Source: a virus. From it: a stretch of DNA of 64,000 bases. The notes below the pieces were generated by a model, which was not told where the DNA came from, made no database searches, and saw nothing but the letters and a program-made list of their open reading frames with translations. Location of the stretch: positions 1 to 64,000 of IMG/VR virus record IMGVR_UViG_3300032288_003533. One strand, written 5' to 3'. The position numbers were made by a program, and so were the translations under genes. Positions within the stretch are counted from its first letter, which is position 1. Each line of letters opens with the position of its first letter. This document shows, piece by piece, positions 8,990 through 17,592 of this stretch.

Positions 8990-9109
8990 ATTATTTTTGT
9001 TATATTTAATAAATATTACAAAATAAAAAAGTTAAGTAATATTTCTAGTATAAAAATATATTTTGATTGTTTTTAATCTTTATTTTAGTATATTTATGAA
9101 AAAAAAATT

Positions 9110-9430
9110 ATGGAACTAACAAAAGAAGAACTTGTAGAAAAAATAAATAGTGGTGAGAAGATGGTTGTGGATTTTTACTCTACTACATGTGGACCATGTA
9201 AAATGCTAAAGCCAATGTATGAAAAGTTGGCAAATGAATTAAAAGAGCAAAATTCTGATGTTTCTTTATATACATTTAATGTTCAGAATGATGTAAATTA
9301 TGCAGTAAATGAAGCTGGAGTTAGGGGTGTACCAACAATTAAAAGTTATACATCATCCTTGGTTAAAGACACAATTGTTGGGTTACCAAGTTTAAATGAA
9401 TTGAATGAATTAGTTAATGCATTAAAATAA
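9110..9430 (+). CDS. Thioredoxin
   Basis: VVDFYSTTCGPCKML...GVRGVPT thioredoxin fold with CGPC. Confidence 0.92.
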   Translation: MELTKEELVEKINSGEKMVVDFYSTTCGPCKMLKPMYEKLANELKEQNSDVSLYTFNVQNDVNYAVNEAGVRGVPTIKSYTSSLVKDTIVGLPSLNELNELVNALK

Positions 9431-9435
9431 TTTAT

Positions 9436-10149
9436 ATGACAGACAACAAAGCAATTTTGATAGGTCATTATGGTGGAGATAAAACTCATTCTTTGGCTGC
9501 TTGGAGTTCAACATTTCTTGAACTAGAATTAGAAATGCCAGAACAAATAGAAGAAAGGGTTGATGTAATTATCAATTACATTTTGTCTAATTCAAAAAGA
9601 ATCAGAAACATTGAACAATTGTTGGAATTTTTGGCATCAGAAGGTCACACATCACCTTTTAGATTCAGTACCCTACATTTTGTCACAACAACAGAAATAG
9701 CTACTCACATTCAATTTTTGAAGCATTCTGTGGCATTGGGTGCTGAAAATGCAGAGTCAGCAAGGTATAAAGAATTAAAAGAAGATAAATTCTACTTACC
9801 AAATGATTGGCTTGAGTATGGGGAAACAGGTGAATTTTGGTATAATGCATTAAAAGCACAAAGTGAAAAACTAAATAAAATGTATCACAATTGTTTAAAT
9901 GAGTTAATCCAGGCTGGAATGCCAAAAGCCAGAGCAAAAGAATCTGCAAGATTCTTTAAAATGTACAATTCTCAGTTGAATAGTAATAAGATAATGTCTT
10001 TTGATGGGTTTATTCAAATATATAAGAAAAGAAATTTGTTATCCCCCTCCCAAAAAGAAATTGGTGATGTTCTGGAACAAATGTTAAATGAGATAAAATC
10101 AATACCAAATAACCCATTTAAGGATTCATTAAAAGCATTTGGTCTATAA
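9436..10149 (+). CDS. thyX: Flavin-dependent thymidylate synthase (divergent)
   Basis: GHTSPF, IQFLKH...ESARYKE and AGMPKARAKESARF match the ThyX layout, although the RHR motif is altered. Confidence 0.75.
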   Translation: MTDNKAILIGHYGGDKTHSLAAWSSTFLELELEMPEQIEERVDVIINYILSNSKRIRNIEQLLEFLASEGHTSPFRFSTLHFVTTTEIATHIQFLKHSVALGAENAESARYKELKEDKFYLPNDWLEYGETGEFWYNALKAQSEKLNKMYHNCLNELIQAGMPKARAKESARFFKMYNSQLNSNKIMSFDGFIQIYKKRNLLSPSQKEIGDVLEQMLNEIKSIPNNPFKDSLKAFGL

Positions 10150-10150
10150 T

Positions 10151-10186
10151 AAAAAGGGCTTGTAAAAAAAATTACAAGCCCTTTTC
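10151..10186. terminator. Bidirectional intrinsic terminator
   Basis: aaaaagggcttgtaa...ttacaagcccttttc between convergent genes. Confidence 0.8.
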
Positions 10187-10199
10187 TATTTAGGTTTTT

Positions 10200-10424
10200 T
10201 TATTTACCTTTTTTTGCAGCAACTGGAGTTTCTGCTGGTGTAGCAACTGGTGTTACAACTGCTGGCACTTTAGCAAAGAAAGACCATACAGAACCAATTA
10301 TGGTTGATAATGCACCTACTACTTCAGTAACAAAAGTTTCATCAACAAGTCCTTTTGTAATTAAGAATCCACCAATGAATGTGAGTACATGTCTAACAAT
10401 ACCTAAAATTTGTTCTTTATTCAT
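10200..10424 (-). CDS. Small two-TM membrane protein, putative holin
   Basis: MNKEQILGIVRHVLTFIGGFLITKG...VVGALSTIIGSVWSFFAK. Start reassigned to 10424. Confidence 0.65.
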   Translation of the reverse strand: MNKEQILGIVRHVLTFIGGFLITKGLVDETFVTEVVGALSTIIGSVWSFFAKVPAVVTPVATPAETPVAAKKGK

Positions 10425-10501
10425 TTTAATTTTTTTAATAAAAATGTTTATATATAACAATAATGTTATATTTATAAATATATATAAAAATATAAAAAAG
10501 T

Positions 10502-12205
10502 ATGGAGAGATTGAATATGTTTGATTTTTTTTTATTAAATGAGGGTAGGACTGCTAAAGAATTTAGATTTATAACAGCAAATGAATTTGAATTCATTTAT
10601 AATTGTGTAGATGGTAATGGTAGGTATAGTGATTGGATTACATCAAAAGATAAAAATAAATTAATAAATAAAATTGTAAACTATTTAAATGTTGATACCA
10701 CTTTTTCCAAAGACTTTAGTAGTTTTAAAGATTGTGAAGAAGCCAGAAGAAAAAACATAGAAGCAGCAGGGGGAGATAAAAGAAGAAAAAATTATATAAA
10801 AGGAGATGATAAAAAAAAGAAAGAAGGTGAAGACGATGTACAATTGTTCTGTGATGCTGTGCCTAAATTTATGAATGAATTAGTTCCATTATTATTTAAT
10901 AATATTAATGACTACCCTATTGAGGATAAAAGTAGGTTAAATGAATTTATTTCATTACATATTGATGTTTTTGTTAATTTTTTTGAAAATAGACATAGAG
11001 AGCAATCAAAAGAATTACCAAGAAATTTATTATATAGACAATTAGTTGATGTTTATATGGATAAACCATTTAAAAAAGTTGAAATCCCAGATACATCACC
11101 AAAAGAGGTAATTACAAAACCAGGTAAACCCCCCAAGAAACCAAAAATAGAAACAGAAAATCTTTATATATATGAATTAGAAAAACAAGATCCTAATCAC
11201 ATTTATAAATTATATAATTATGTATTAAGTGGTGGTAATTCAAAAAAGAATATTGGTTATTTATATGATTGCACTAAAAAAAATGAACCAATAGATAAAT
11301 TATTATGTGTTTTAACACATGACAGAGATTTTGCAGCATCTTTTGCTTTTGAAAAAACATTTGAGCATACAACACAGTTTAGACCATACAAAGGAAATAT
11401 ATCTTTTAATTTAACAACAAAGAATTTGAGGGCAGAAATGGCAAAAAAAGAAAAGGAAGAAGAATATAATAATATTAAATTAGATTTCACTATAAAAAAA
11501 TTATATGCTGAATTATTTAATATAATCTTTAAAGATAAAGATATTATAGATTTGTTTTCAAAATGCCTAAACCCTATTAATTCACCTACACAAGATATTA
11601 CTTTTTGTATTCCAAAAGAAAGAGTATTAGAAATATTACAAAATAAATTATCAGATGAAATAGGTGTTTTACTTAAAAAAGATAATGATAAGAAAGCAAA
11701 AGGTGATATTAAAGCAATTAAACCAGTTTATAATTGTGATGATACTACAAAGATGGTAATAAAACCAAATGCTAAAATTGAATTGAAATTTTTCACTATT
11801 GATGAAATTAAAAATGAAGAAAATAATTTACATATTACAAGAATATTAGAACCTGATAGAAACTATATATTTAGTAAAATAGATGCATTACCTAATTTTA
11901 GTAAAGATTCAAAAGAATTTAATACTTTTTTTGATTTAACAATGAATTCAGTGATACAAGTTGTTGAGGATAAAGTTAAAAACTTTAAAAAAGATATTGA
12001 ACAATTTTCAAGACCAACTTCTGGATTATTTATAGCTGGTCCAAAATACATACCAAATAATGGTGGGTGGGTTTATGATATCTACAAAGGAAAGGGATTA
12101 CAAAGGGGTGAAGGTGTTGGAATTAAACTAGAACTACCATCTAACTTTAAAGCATATGATTTAGAATATAATTATGAAAATAGGCAATTTTGTGTAAGAG
12201 ATTAA
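10502..12205 (+). CDS. Hypothetical protein
   Basis: 567 aa ORF with no recognised motif. Confidence 0.7.
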   Translation: MERLNMFDFFLLNEGRTAKEFRFITANEFEFIYNCVDGNGRYSDWITSKDKNKLINKIVNYLNVDTTFSKDFSSFKDCEEARRKNIEAAGGDKRRKNYIKGDDKKKKEGEDDVQLFCDAVPKFMNELVPLLFNNINDYPIEDKSRLNEFISLHIDVFVNFFENRHREQSKELPRNLLYRQLVDVYMDKPFKKVEIPDTSPKEVITKPGKPPKKPKIETENLYIYELEKQDPNHIYKLYNYVLSGGNSKKNIGYLYDCTKKNEPIDKLLCVLTHDRDFAASFAFEKTFEHTTQFRPYKGNISFNLTTKNLRAEMAKKEKEEEYNNIKLDFTIKKLYAELFNIIFKDKDIIDLFSKCLNPINSPTQDITFCIPKERVLEILQNKLSDEIGVLLKKDNDKKAKGDIKAIKPVYNCDDTTKMVIKPNAKIELKFFTIDEIKNEENNLHITRILEPDRNYIFSKIDALPNFSKDSKEFNTFFDLTMNSVIQVVEDKVKNFKKDIEQFSRPTSGLFIAGPKYIPNNGGWVYDIYKGKGLQRGEGVGIKLELPSNFKAYDLEYNYENRQFCVRD

Positions 12206-12438
12206 GGTTTGGTGTTTTTATTGTTAATGAAATCTGCAAATTTTTCACTAGCAATAAATCCTAATCCAGCTATTGCCAACCATACTAATCCTTCAAACAC
12301 ATAATCAGTTATTGTATAATTTGAAAATAAATCAACAATTGATGCAAATATTATTGTTACTGCTGCTGACACCCCAATGGATCTTTTACTTGATATATCA
12401 CCATTTGCTGTTAATAAAGATTTGAAAAATTTTTTCAT
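12202..12438 (-). CDS. Small two-TM membrane protein (holin-like)
   Basis: ISSKR followed by two hydrophobic helices. Directly downstream of the M23 peptidase gene. Confidence 0.6.
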   Translation of the reverse strand: MKKFFKSLLTANGDISSKRSIGVSAAVTIIFASIVDLFSNYTITDYVFEGLVWLAIAGLGFIASEKFADFINNKNTKP

Positions 12439-12439
12439 A

Positions 12440-13765
12440 TTACAATATTTCTAATATTCTATTAATTTCTGTAATTAATTTTTTTGAGGCTGATTTGCTT
12501 TCTAATTTAAATTCAACATATGAATTACTTTTATTTGTTACTGGTAAATCATATGGTGTAGTATATGACTTACTTTTACTTGTTGTTGGTAATTCATAAG
12601 GTTCAGTATATGAGTTGCTTTTATTTGTTGTTGGTAAATCATAAGGTTCAATATATGAGTTACTTTTGTTTGTTGTTGGTAAAGTACTATAACTAGCACC
12701 ACCACCACTACTACTCCACCTATTATTTTTTTTGGGAGCATTTTTTGCTCCATAAACATCAATCAATTTAACTTTAATAATGTTAGCAACACCACCTAAA
12801 CTCACATATACTTCAAAATATTCTGAATTCTTAGGTACTTCACCAATTAATTCATCAAAATTTGTGTTCTTTTCATTTAAATTAAACTTATCACAACATA
12901 CATTAATTATGTATCTTTTACTTTCAAACTCAACTTCTACTTTTTTACAAATACCATCATCACTATTAAGTACTTTGCATTTTGAGAATTTACAATAAAA
13001 TTTCCCAGAACTTGGGTGATATGTGTAAGCATCTTCAAATGTCCCCCCATTTGGTTTAAAAGAACTTCTAATTTTATTACCAATACTTGTTATAGAATCA
13101 GAATCATCAGAATCTTCTTCATTAAGTATTAATGTATATATGTCTTTTAAATTTAATTTTTTACTTTTAAAACTATGTGAAATAACAGATTCATTTTTGT
13201 TTAAATCAACTGCATTGAAATCATCCATTTTACTTAAATCAACTGCATTGAAATCATCCATTTTATTTAAATCAACTGCATTGAAATCACCCATTTTATT
13301 TAAGTAATTTTTATTTTTAATATTAGGGGTTGGTGGTGTTTCATTACTTAAAACAGTTTCTGGGTCTATAAGTACACCATTTCTTCTAACTTCAAAATGT
13401 AAATGTGCGCCAGTAGTATGTCCTTTACCTAAATCACTTAAATCACCACCACTTAATGCTATAATTTGACCAGGGACAACATTCTCATTAGGTTTAACAA
13501 ATAATTTTTTTAAATGGCAATATTTTGTAACAATATTATCTGGGTGTTTAATTTCAATTAGGCCACCACAAGTCCCTTGTGTTATTTCACTACGTAAAAC
13601 AACACCTTTTTCTGGGGCTAAAATTTCAGTACCAGAAGGTATTGCAAAATCAGTTCCTTTGTGAACTCTATTTCCTCTAATAGAACTAACATCATAATAA
13701 TTAGATGAAATTAAATTTGAATTATAATTTTTAAAAGGTGCATATAATTTATTTTCAATAATCAT
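12440..13765 (-). CDS. M23 family peptidase with internal repeats
   Basis: HKGTDF (HxxxD), YCHL and TGAHLHFEVR (HxH) motifs. Contains (LNKMDDFNAVD)x3 and (LPTTNKSNSYxEPY)x4 repeats. Confidence 0.9.
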   Translation of the reverse strand: MIIENKLYAPFKNYNSNLISSNYYDVSSIRGNRVHKGTDFAIPSGTEILAPEKGVVLRSEITQGTCGGLIEIKHPDNIVTKYCHLKKLFVKPNENVVPGQIIALSGGDLSDLGKGHTTGAHLHFEVRRNGVLIDPETVLSNETPPTPNIKNKNYLNKMGDFNAVDLNKMDDFNAVDLSKMDDFNAVDLNKNESVISHSFKSKKLNLKDIYTLILNEEDSDDSDSITSIGNKIRSSFKPNGGTFEDAYTYHPSSGKFYCKFSKCKVLNSDDGICKKVEVEFESKRYIINVCCDKFNLNEKNTNFDELIGEVPKNSEYFEVYVSLGGVANIIKVKLIDVYGAKNAPKKNNRWSSSGGGASYSTLPTTNKSNSYIEPYDLPTTNKSNSYTEPYELPTTSKSKSYTTPYDLPVTNKSNSYVEFKLESKSASKKLITEINRILEIL

Positions 13766-13800
13766 ATTATATTATTTTATATATAAATACCATAATATAA

Positions 13801-14406
13801 TTAAACTATTCTTTTTGATTTAATTATTTCACATAAATTTTCATTATACTCATATATGTCAATACTTTTTTTGTATTTTTTATATAAATCATAATTTTTA
13901 TTTATAATGGATTCATTTTCATTTATAATCTTTTTAACAAAAAAGACATAATTTGAATCTTCTGCATAAATTCTACTTAAAAAACTAAAATACTCCTCTC
14001 TGGATTTTTCTTTATTCCTAAATAAAAATTCTTGAAATAATTTATAATCTTTCACACTATCTGTCCAGCAATCATAAATTGAGAATCCCCTATTTTCCCC
14101 AATAGCAGTAGTTTTTCTTCTTTCTGGATATCTCATACCAAATAAATTTTTATTTTCTGCAAAAATATAACTGGTCATATATCCACTTTCCAATAATGCT
14201 TGTGCAAAAACAATGTCAGGGTATTTGATATCATTATCCAATATTTCAAAATATAATAATAATAATTTTGAATTATTCTCATTAAAGATTTTTTGTTCAT
14301 TGATTTTTATATCATTGATTTCATTCTTTTGAATTTTAACATTTTCTGTTAAAATAATTAAATTAATTGCAATTAATGCAATTGATGCATATATTAATTT
14401 TTTCAT
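13801..14406 (-). CDS. Glucosaminidase/GH73-like muramidase with N-terminal hydrophobic anchor (candidate endolysin)
   Basis: AQALLESG, NLFGM, SVKDY and YAEDSNY motifs, with an N-terminal TM/signal segment. Confidence 0.8.
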   Translation of the reverse strand: MKKLIYASIALIAINLIILTENVKIQKNEINDIKINEQKIFNENNSKLLLLYFEILDNDIKYPDIVFAQALLESGYMTSYIFAENKNLFGMRYPERRKTTAIGENRGFSIYDCWTDSVKDYKLFQEFLFRNKEKSREEYFSFLSRIYAEDSNYVFFVKKIINENESIINKNYDLYKKYKKSIDIYEYNENLCEIIKSKRIV

Positions 14407-14513
14407 AAATTTTTATTTTTGTTATGTAAATAATTTGGTGCAAAGATAATGCAAACCAATTAGATTATATTAATAAATATCAATAATAATCATCTTTTTG
14501 TTTAAAACAAATA

Positions 14514-14542
14514 AAAAGTGCCACAAAATGTGACACTTTCTT
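14514..14542 (-). terminator. Putative terminator after tmRNA
   Basis: aaaaagtgccacaaaatgtgacactttc hairpin immediately 3' of the CCA end. Confidence 0.55.
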
Positions 14543-14964
14543 TGGTGGAGACGCAGGGAATTGAACCCTGGTCTTGCTCATAATTTAGTAAAAAGACTAC
14601 ATGTTTATTCCATAGATTCTGTATGGACACATAAGACAGTTCATATTTTTCCATTTGTACTGCCAACTGTGGGGGGTTCACTTCCACTATTTGCATAGAC
14701 TTACAGGTAGCACCCCAAACCAAAACCTTTGATACAATAAGTAGTATCACACTATAAGGCTTCTGTTCCTAGGTTATATGCCCACCGACCCGGGGTTGTT
14801 ATGACTACTAAGCCGCAACAACAGCATCTTCACGTACTAGACCTAAAGTTGCTAAAGTTTCTAAAGTGTTGCCAGTTAAAGGCTTGAACCAGTTGTTAAT
14901 GAGGTTAATTCAGCCCCAACATGCCTTCTTACCCAATCCACGCCAATCGATACCTTTCGTCCCC
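14543..14964 (-). ncRNA. ssrA: tmRNA (transfer-messenger RNA)
   Basis: 5' GGGGACG pairs with 3' CGTCTCC-ACCA, giving a G3:U70 alanine determinant. T-arm is CAGGGTTCAATTCCCTG, length 422 nt, and an internal tag ORF ends in AA-stop. Confidence 0.93.
14808..14873 (-). other. tmRNA proteolysis tag reading frame (A)GNTLETLATLGLVREDAVVAA*
   Basis: After TTTAACT the frame reads GGC AAC ACT TTA GAA ACT TTA GCA ACT TTA GGT CTA GTA CGT GAA GAT GCT GTT GTT GCG GCT TAG TAG. Confidence 0.8.
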
Positions 14965-15124
14965 TTGTCTTATAAATATCATCATTTCTGTTGATGACAC
15001 AAATATAGATTCCTTTTTTTGATTTTCCAAATGGTTTTTTCATTTTCTTTTAAAATAATTTGATTTGCTGTTTTGTGGATGCAATAATAATATTTAGTTA
15101 TATTTATATATTAAAATATGAATT

Positions 15125-15691
15125 ATGGAAAAAGAAACATTAAAAAACATACTTGATTTTCTTAAACATAATGAGAATAGAAATATTCCATTTATGTGGA
15201 AATTAAAAAATAATGAACCATTCACAGATGATGAATTACACATTAAAGGTGATTTGGTTTTAGAAGAATCAAATATAACATCCTTACCAGAAGGATTAAA
15301 AGTAGGGGGTAGTTTGAATTTAGCAAGTTGCATAGATTTAAAATCATTACCAGACAATTTGAAAGTTGGTGAGAATTTGTCTTTATCTGAAACACGTTTT
15401 AGATTCTTACCAAAAGGCTTGGAAGTTGGGGGTAATTTGGATTTATATGCTTCACAAATAGACTCCTTACCAAAGGACTTGAAGGTTGGCGGGGATTTGA
15501 ATATTGAAGGCACTTACATAGAATTATTACCAAGTGGCTTACAAGTTGGTGGTGATTTATATTTGAATGATAGTGATTTGCATCACAGCATAGATTATGA
15601 TGATAGTGATGAATTAAGGGATATTGTAAAAAAAATGGTTGAACCTGGTTTTATTAAAGGTGAGGTAATTTTTGATGAGTATGATGATTGA
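15125..15691 (+). CDS. Short-LRR family protein (array 1, ~6 repeats)
   Basis: MEKETLK N-cap, xLxLxxxxIxSLPxGLKVGG units and a MVEPGFIKG C-cap. Confidence 0.9.
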   Translation: MEKETLKNILDFLKHNENRNIPFMWKLKNNEPFTDDELHIKGDLVLEESNITSLPEGLKVGGSLNLASCIDLKSLPDNLKVGENLSLSETRFRFLPKGLEVGGNLDLYASQIDSLPKDLKVGGDLNIEGTYIELLPSGLQVGGDLYLNDSDLHHSIDYDDSDELRDIVKKMVEPGFIKGEVIFDEYDD

Positions 15692-15708
15692 TTTAAATTA
15701 AATATATT

Positions 15709-16254
15709 ATGGAAAAAGAAACAATAAAAAACATATTTGAATTTATTGAAAGAAAAGATAATAGAAAAATTCCATTTATGTGGAAATTAAAAAATAATGA
15801 ACCAATAACAGAAGATGATTTGATTGTTAATGGTGATTTGGATTTGAGACCTAGTAGCATAGATTACATAGATATAGAATCATTACCAGAAGGATTAAAA
15901 GTTTCTGGTTGTTTAAATCTTATGGGTTCAGATATGAAACTTTTACCAAAAGGCTTGGAAGTTGGTGGGTATTTGGATTTAAGTTATTCACTTATAAACT
16001 CATTACCAGAAGGTTTAAAAGTTGGTGGGAGTTTATCTTTATTTGATTGTGCATATATGACTTCACTGCCAGAAGGCTTGAAGGTTGGGGGTAATTTAGA
16101 TTTAGGGGCTACAAATATAACATCATTACCAAGAGGGTTAAAAGTTGAGGGTTATATAGAGTTGAATGGTACAAAATTAACAGATTACTCAGATGATGAA
16201 TTAAGAAAAATGGTCAAACCTGGATATATAAAAGGAAGAATAATTAAATTTTAA
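15709..16254 (+). CDS. Short-LRR family protein (array 1, ~6 repeats)
   Basis: Same caps and repeat consensus as 15125. Confidence 0.9.
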   Translation: MEKETIKNIFEFIERKDNRKIPFMWKLKNNEPITEDDLIVNGDLDLRPSSIDYIDIESLPEGLKVSGCLNLMGSDMKLLPKGLEVGGYLDLSYSLINSLPEGLKVGGSLSLFDCAYMTSLPEGLKVGGNLDLGATNITSLPRGLKVEGYIELNGTKLTDYSDDELRKMVKPGYIKGRIIKF

Positions 16255-16257
16255 TTA

Positions 16258-16737
16258 ATGGAAAAAGAAACACTAAAAAAGATATTTGATTTTCTTGAAA
16301 AGAATGATAATAAAAGAAAACCACTTATGTGGAAATTAAAAAACAATATACCAATAACAGAAAAAGATGATTTGATTGTTAAAGGTAGTTTGGATTTATC
16401 TAGTTCAAACATAACCTCACTACCAAAAGGTTTGGAAGTTAAAGGTGGTTTAAGTTTATATGAATCAGAAATAATCTCCTTACCAGAAGGCTTGAAGGTT
16501 GGGGGTGATTTAGATTTAAGAAATTCATATATAGAAAGTTTACCAGAAGGATTGGAAGTTGGGGATGAATTGGATTTAGCATATACATACATAACATCAT
16601 TACCAAAAGGCTTAAAAGTTGGGGGGCTTTTGATTATAATTGAGAGTGATTTATTAAAATATTCTGATGAAGAAATAAGAAAAATGATTGAACCTGGGTA
16701 TATTAAAAAGAAAATAGTTAGAGAATATTATAGATAA
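16258..16737 (+). CDS. Short-LRR family protein (array 1, ~5 repeats)
   Basis: Same caps and repeat consensus as 15125. Confidence 0.9.
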   Translation: MEKETLKKIFDFLEKNDNKRKPLMWKLKNNIPITEKDDLIVKGSLDLSSSNITSLPKGLEVKGGLSLYESEIISLPEGLKVGGDLDLRNSYIESLPEGLEVGDELDLAYTYITSLPKGLKVGGLLIIIESDLLKYSDEEIRKMIEPGYIKKKIVREYYR

Positions 16738-16761
16738 TTTACTATATTTGCATAAAAAAAC

Positions 16762-17559
16762 ATGGACAAAGAACTTTTAAAAGAAATATTATCAATCCCC
16801 TCCTATTCAGGCAAAGAAACAAAGCTGGTTGATTTTATTACCAATTTTTTAAATACTAATGATATCAAATTCACAGTAGATGAGATGAAAAACATTTATT
16901 GTGTAAAAGGTGAAGCGGAGTATTATCCTTGTGTTGTAGCACACACAGATACTGTCCATAACAACACTTTTATAGATGTTAGGACTGAACTTAAACCAAA
17001 CTCCAAAAGAGCCTTAAAAGAGGCTTATAAGGGTTATGATGCAAAAGGAAAACCAACAGGAATTGGTGGTGATGACAAGGCTGGAGTATTTGCTTGTCTT
17101 ACCTTATTAAAGGAATTGCCAGTAATAAAAGCAGCCTTTTTTGTTTCAGAAGAAATTGGTTGCGTGGGATCACTAAAAGCTGATGCAAATTTTTTCCTAG
17201 ATGTGGGTTATGCCATTCAATTTGATGCCCCCTTTGATTGGATGGTAAGTGAAATATCATCTGGGGTTAGATTATTTGATAGAGATAGTAAGTTCTTCAC
17301 AAAGATAGATAAGGTATTAACAGAAAACACAAACCCCCAATATCAATCACACCCATATACCGATATATTTGCCTTAAAGAAATTATTTGATTTTAGTTGT
17401 GTTAATATATCAATAGGATATTATGATTATCACACAAAGGATGAATATGTTGTTTTAGAGGATGTGGAGAAAGGAATTAAAATGGGCAGAGAAATGATAG
17501 AAAGTTTGGGATGTGAAAAATATTACAAAAGATACAAACCATTAAGAATATTAGGATAA
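16762..17559 (+). CDS. M20/M28-clan zinc peptidase
   Basis: AHTDTV, GGDDKAG, SEEIG, QFD and HTKDE metal-ligand motifs. Confidence 0.88.
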   Translation: MDKELLKEILSIPSYSGKETKLVDFITNFLNTNDIKFTVDEMKNIYCVKGEAEYYPCVVAHTDTVHNNTFIDVRTELKPNSKRALKEAYKGYDAKGKPTGIGGDDKAGVFACLTLLKELPVIKAAFFVSEEIGCVGSLKADANFFLDVGYAIQFDAPFDWMVSEISSGVRLFDRDSKFFTKIDKVLTENTNPQYQSHPYTDIFALKKLFDFSCVNISIGYYDYHTKDEYVVLEDVEKGIKMGREMIESLGCEKYYKRYKPLRILG

Positions 17560-17560
17560 A

Positions 17561-17591
17561 AAGAAATGGGGGTTATTAGCCCCCATTTTTA
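17561..17591. terminator. Bidirectional intrinsic terminator
   Basis: aaatgggggttattagcccccatttt between convergent genes. Confidence 0.8.
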
Positions 17592-17592
17592 T

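Noticed and set aside
14502-14750. 82 aa ORF and a possible standalone tRNA
   Set aside because: The ORF lies inside the tmRNA, and the T-arm/CCA is the tmRNA 3' domain pairing with the 5' end at 14964.
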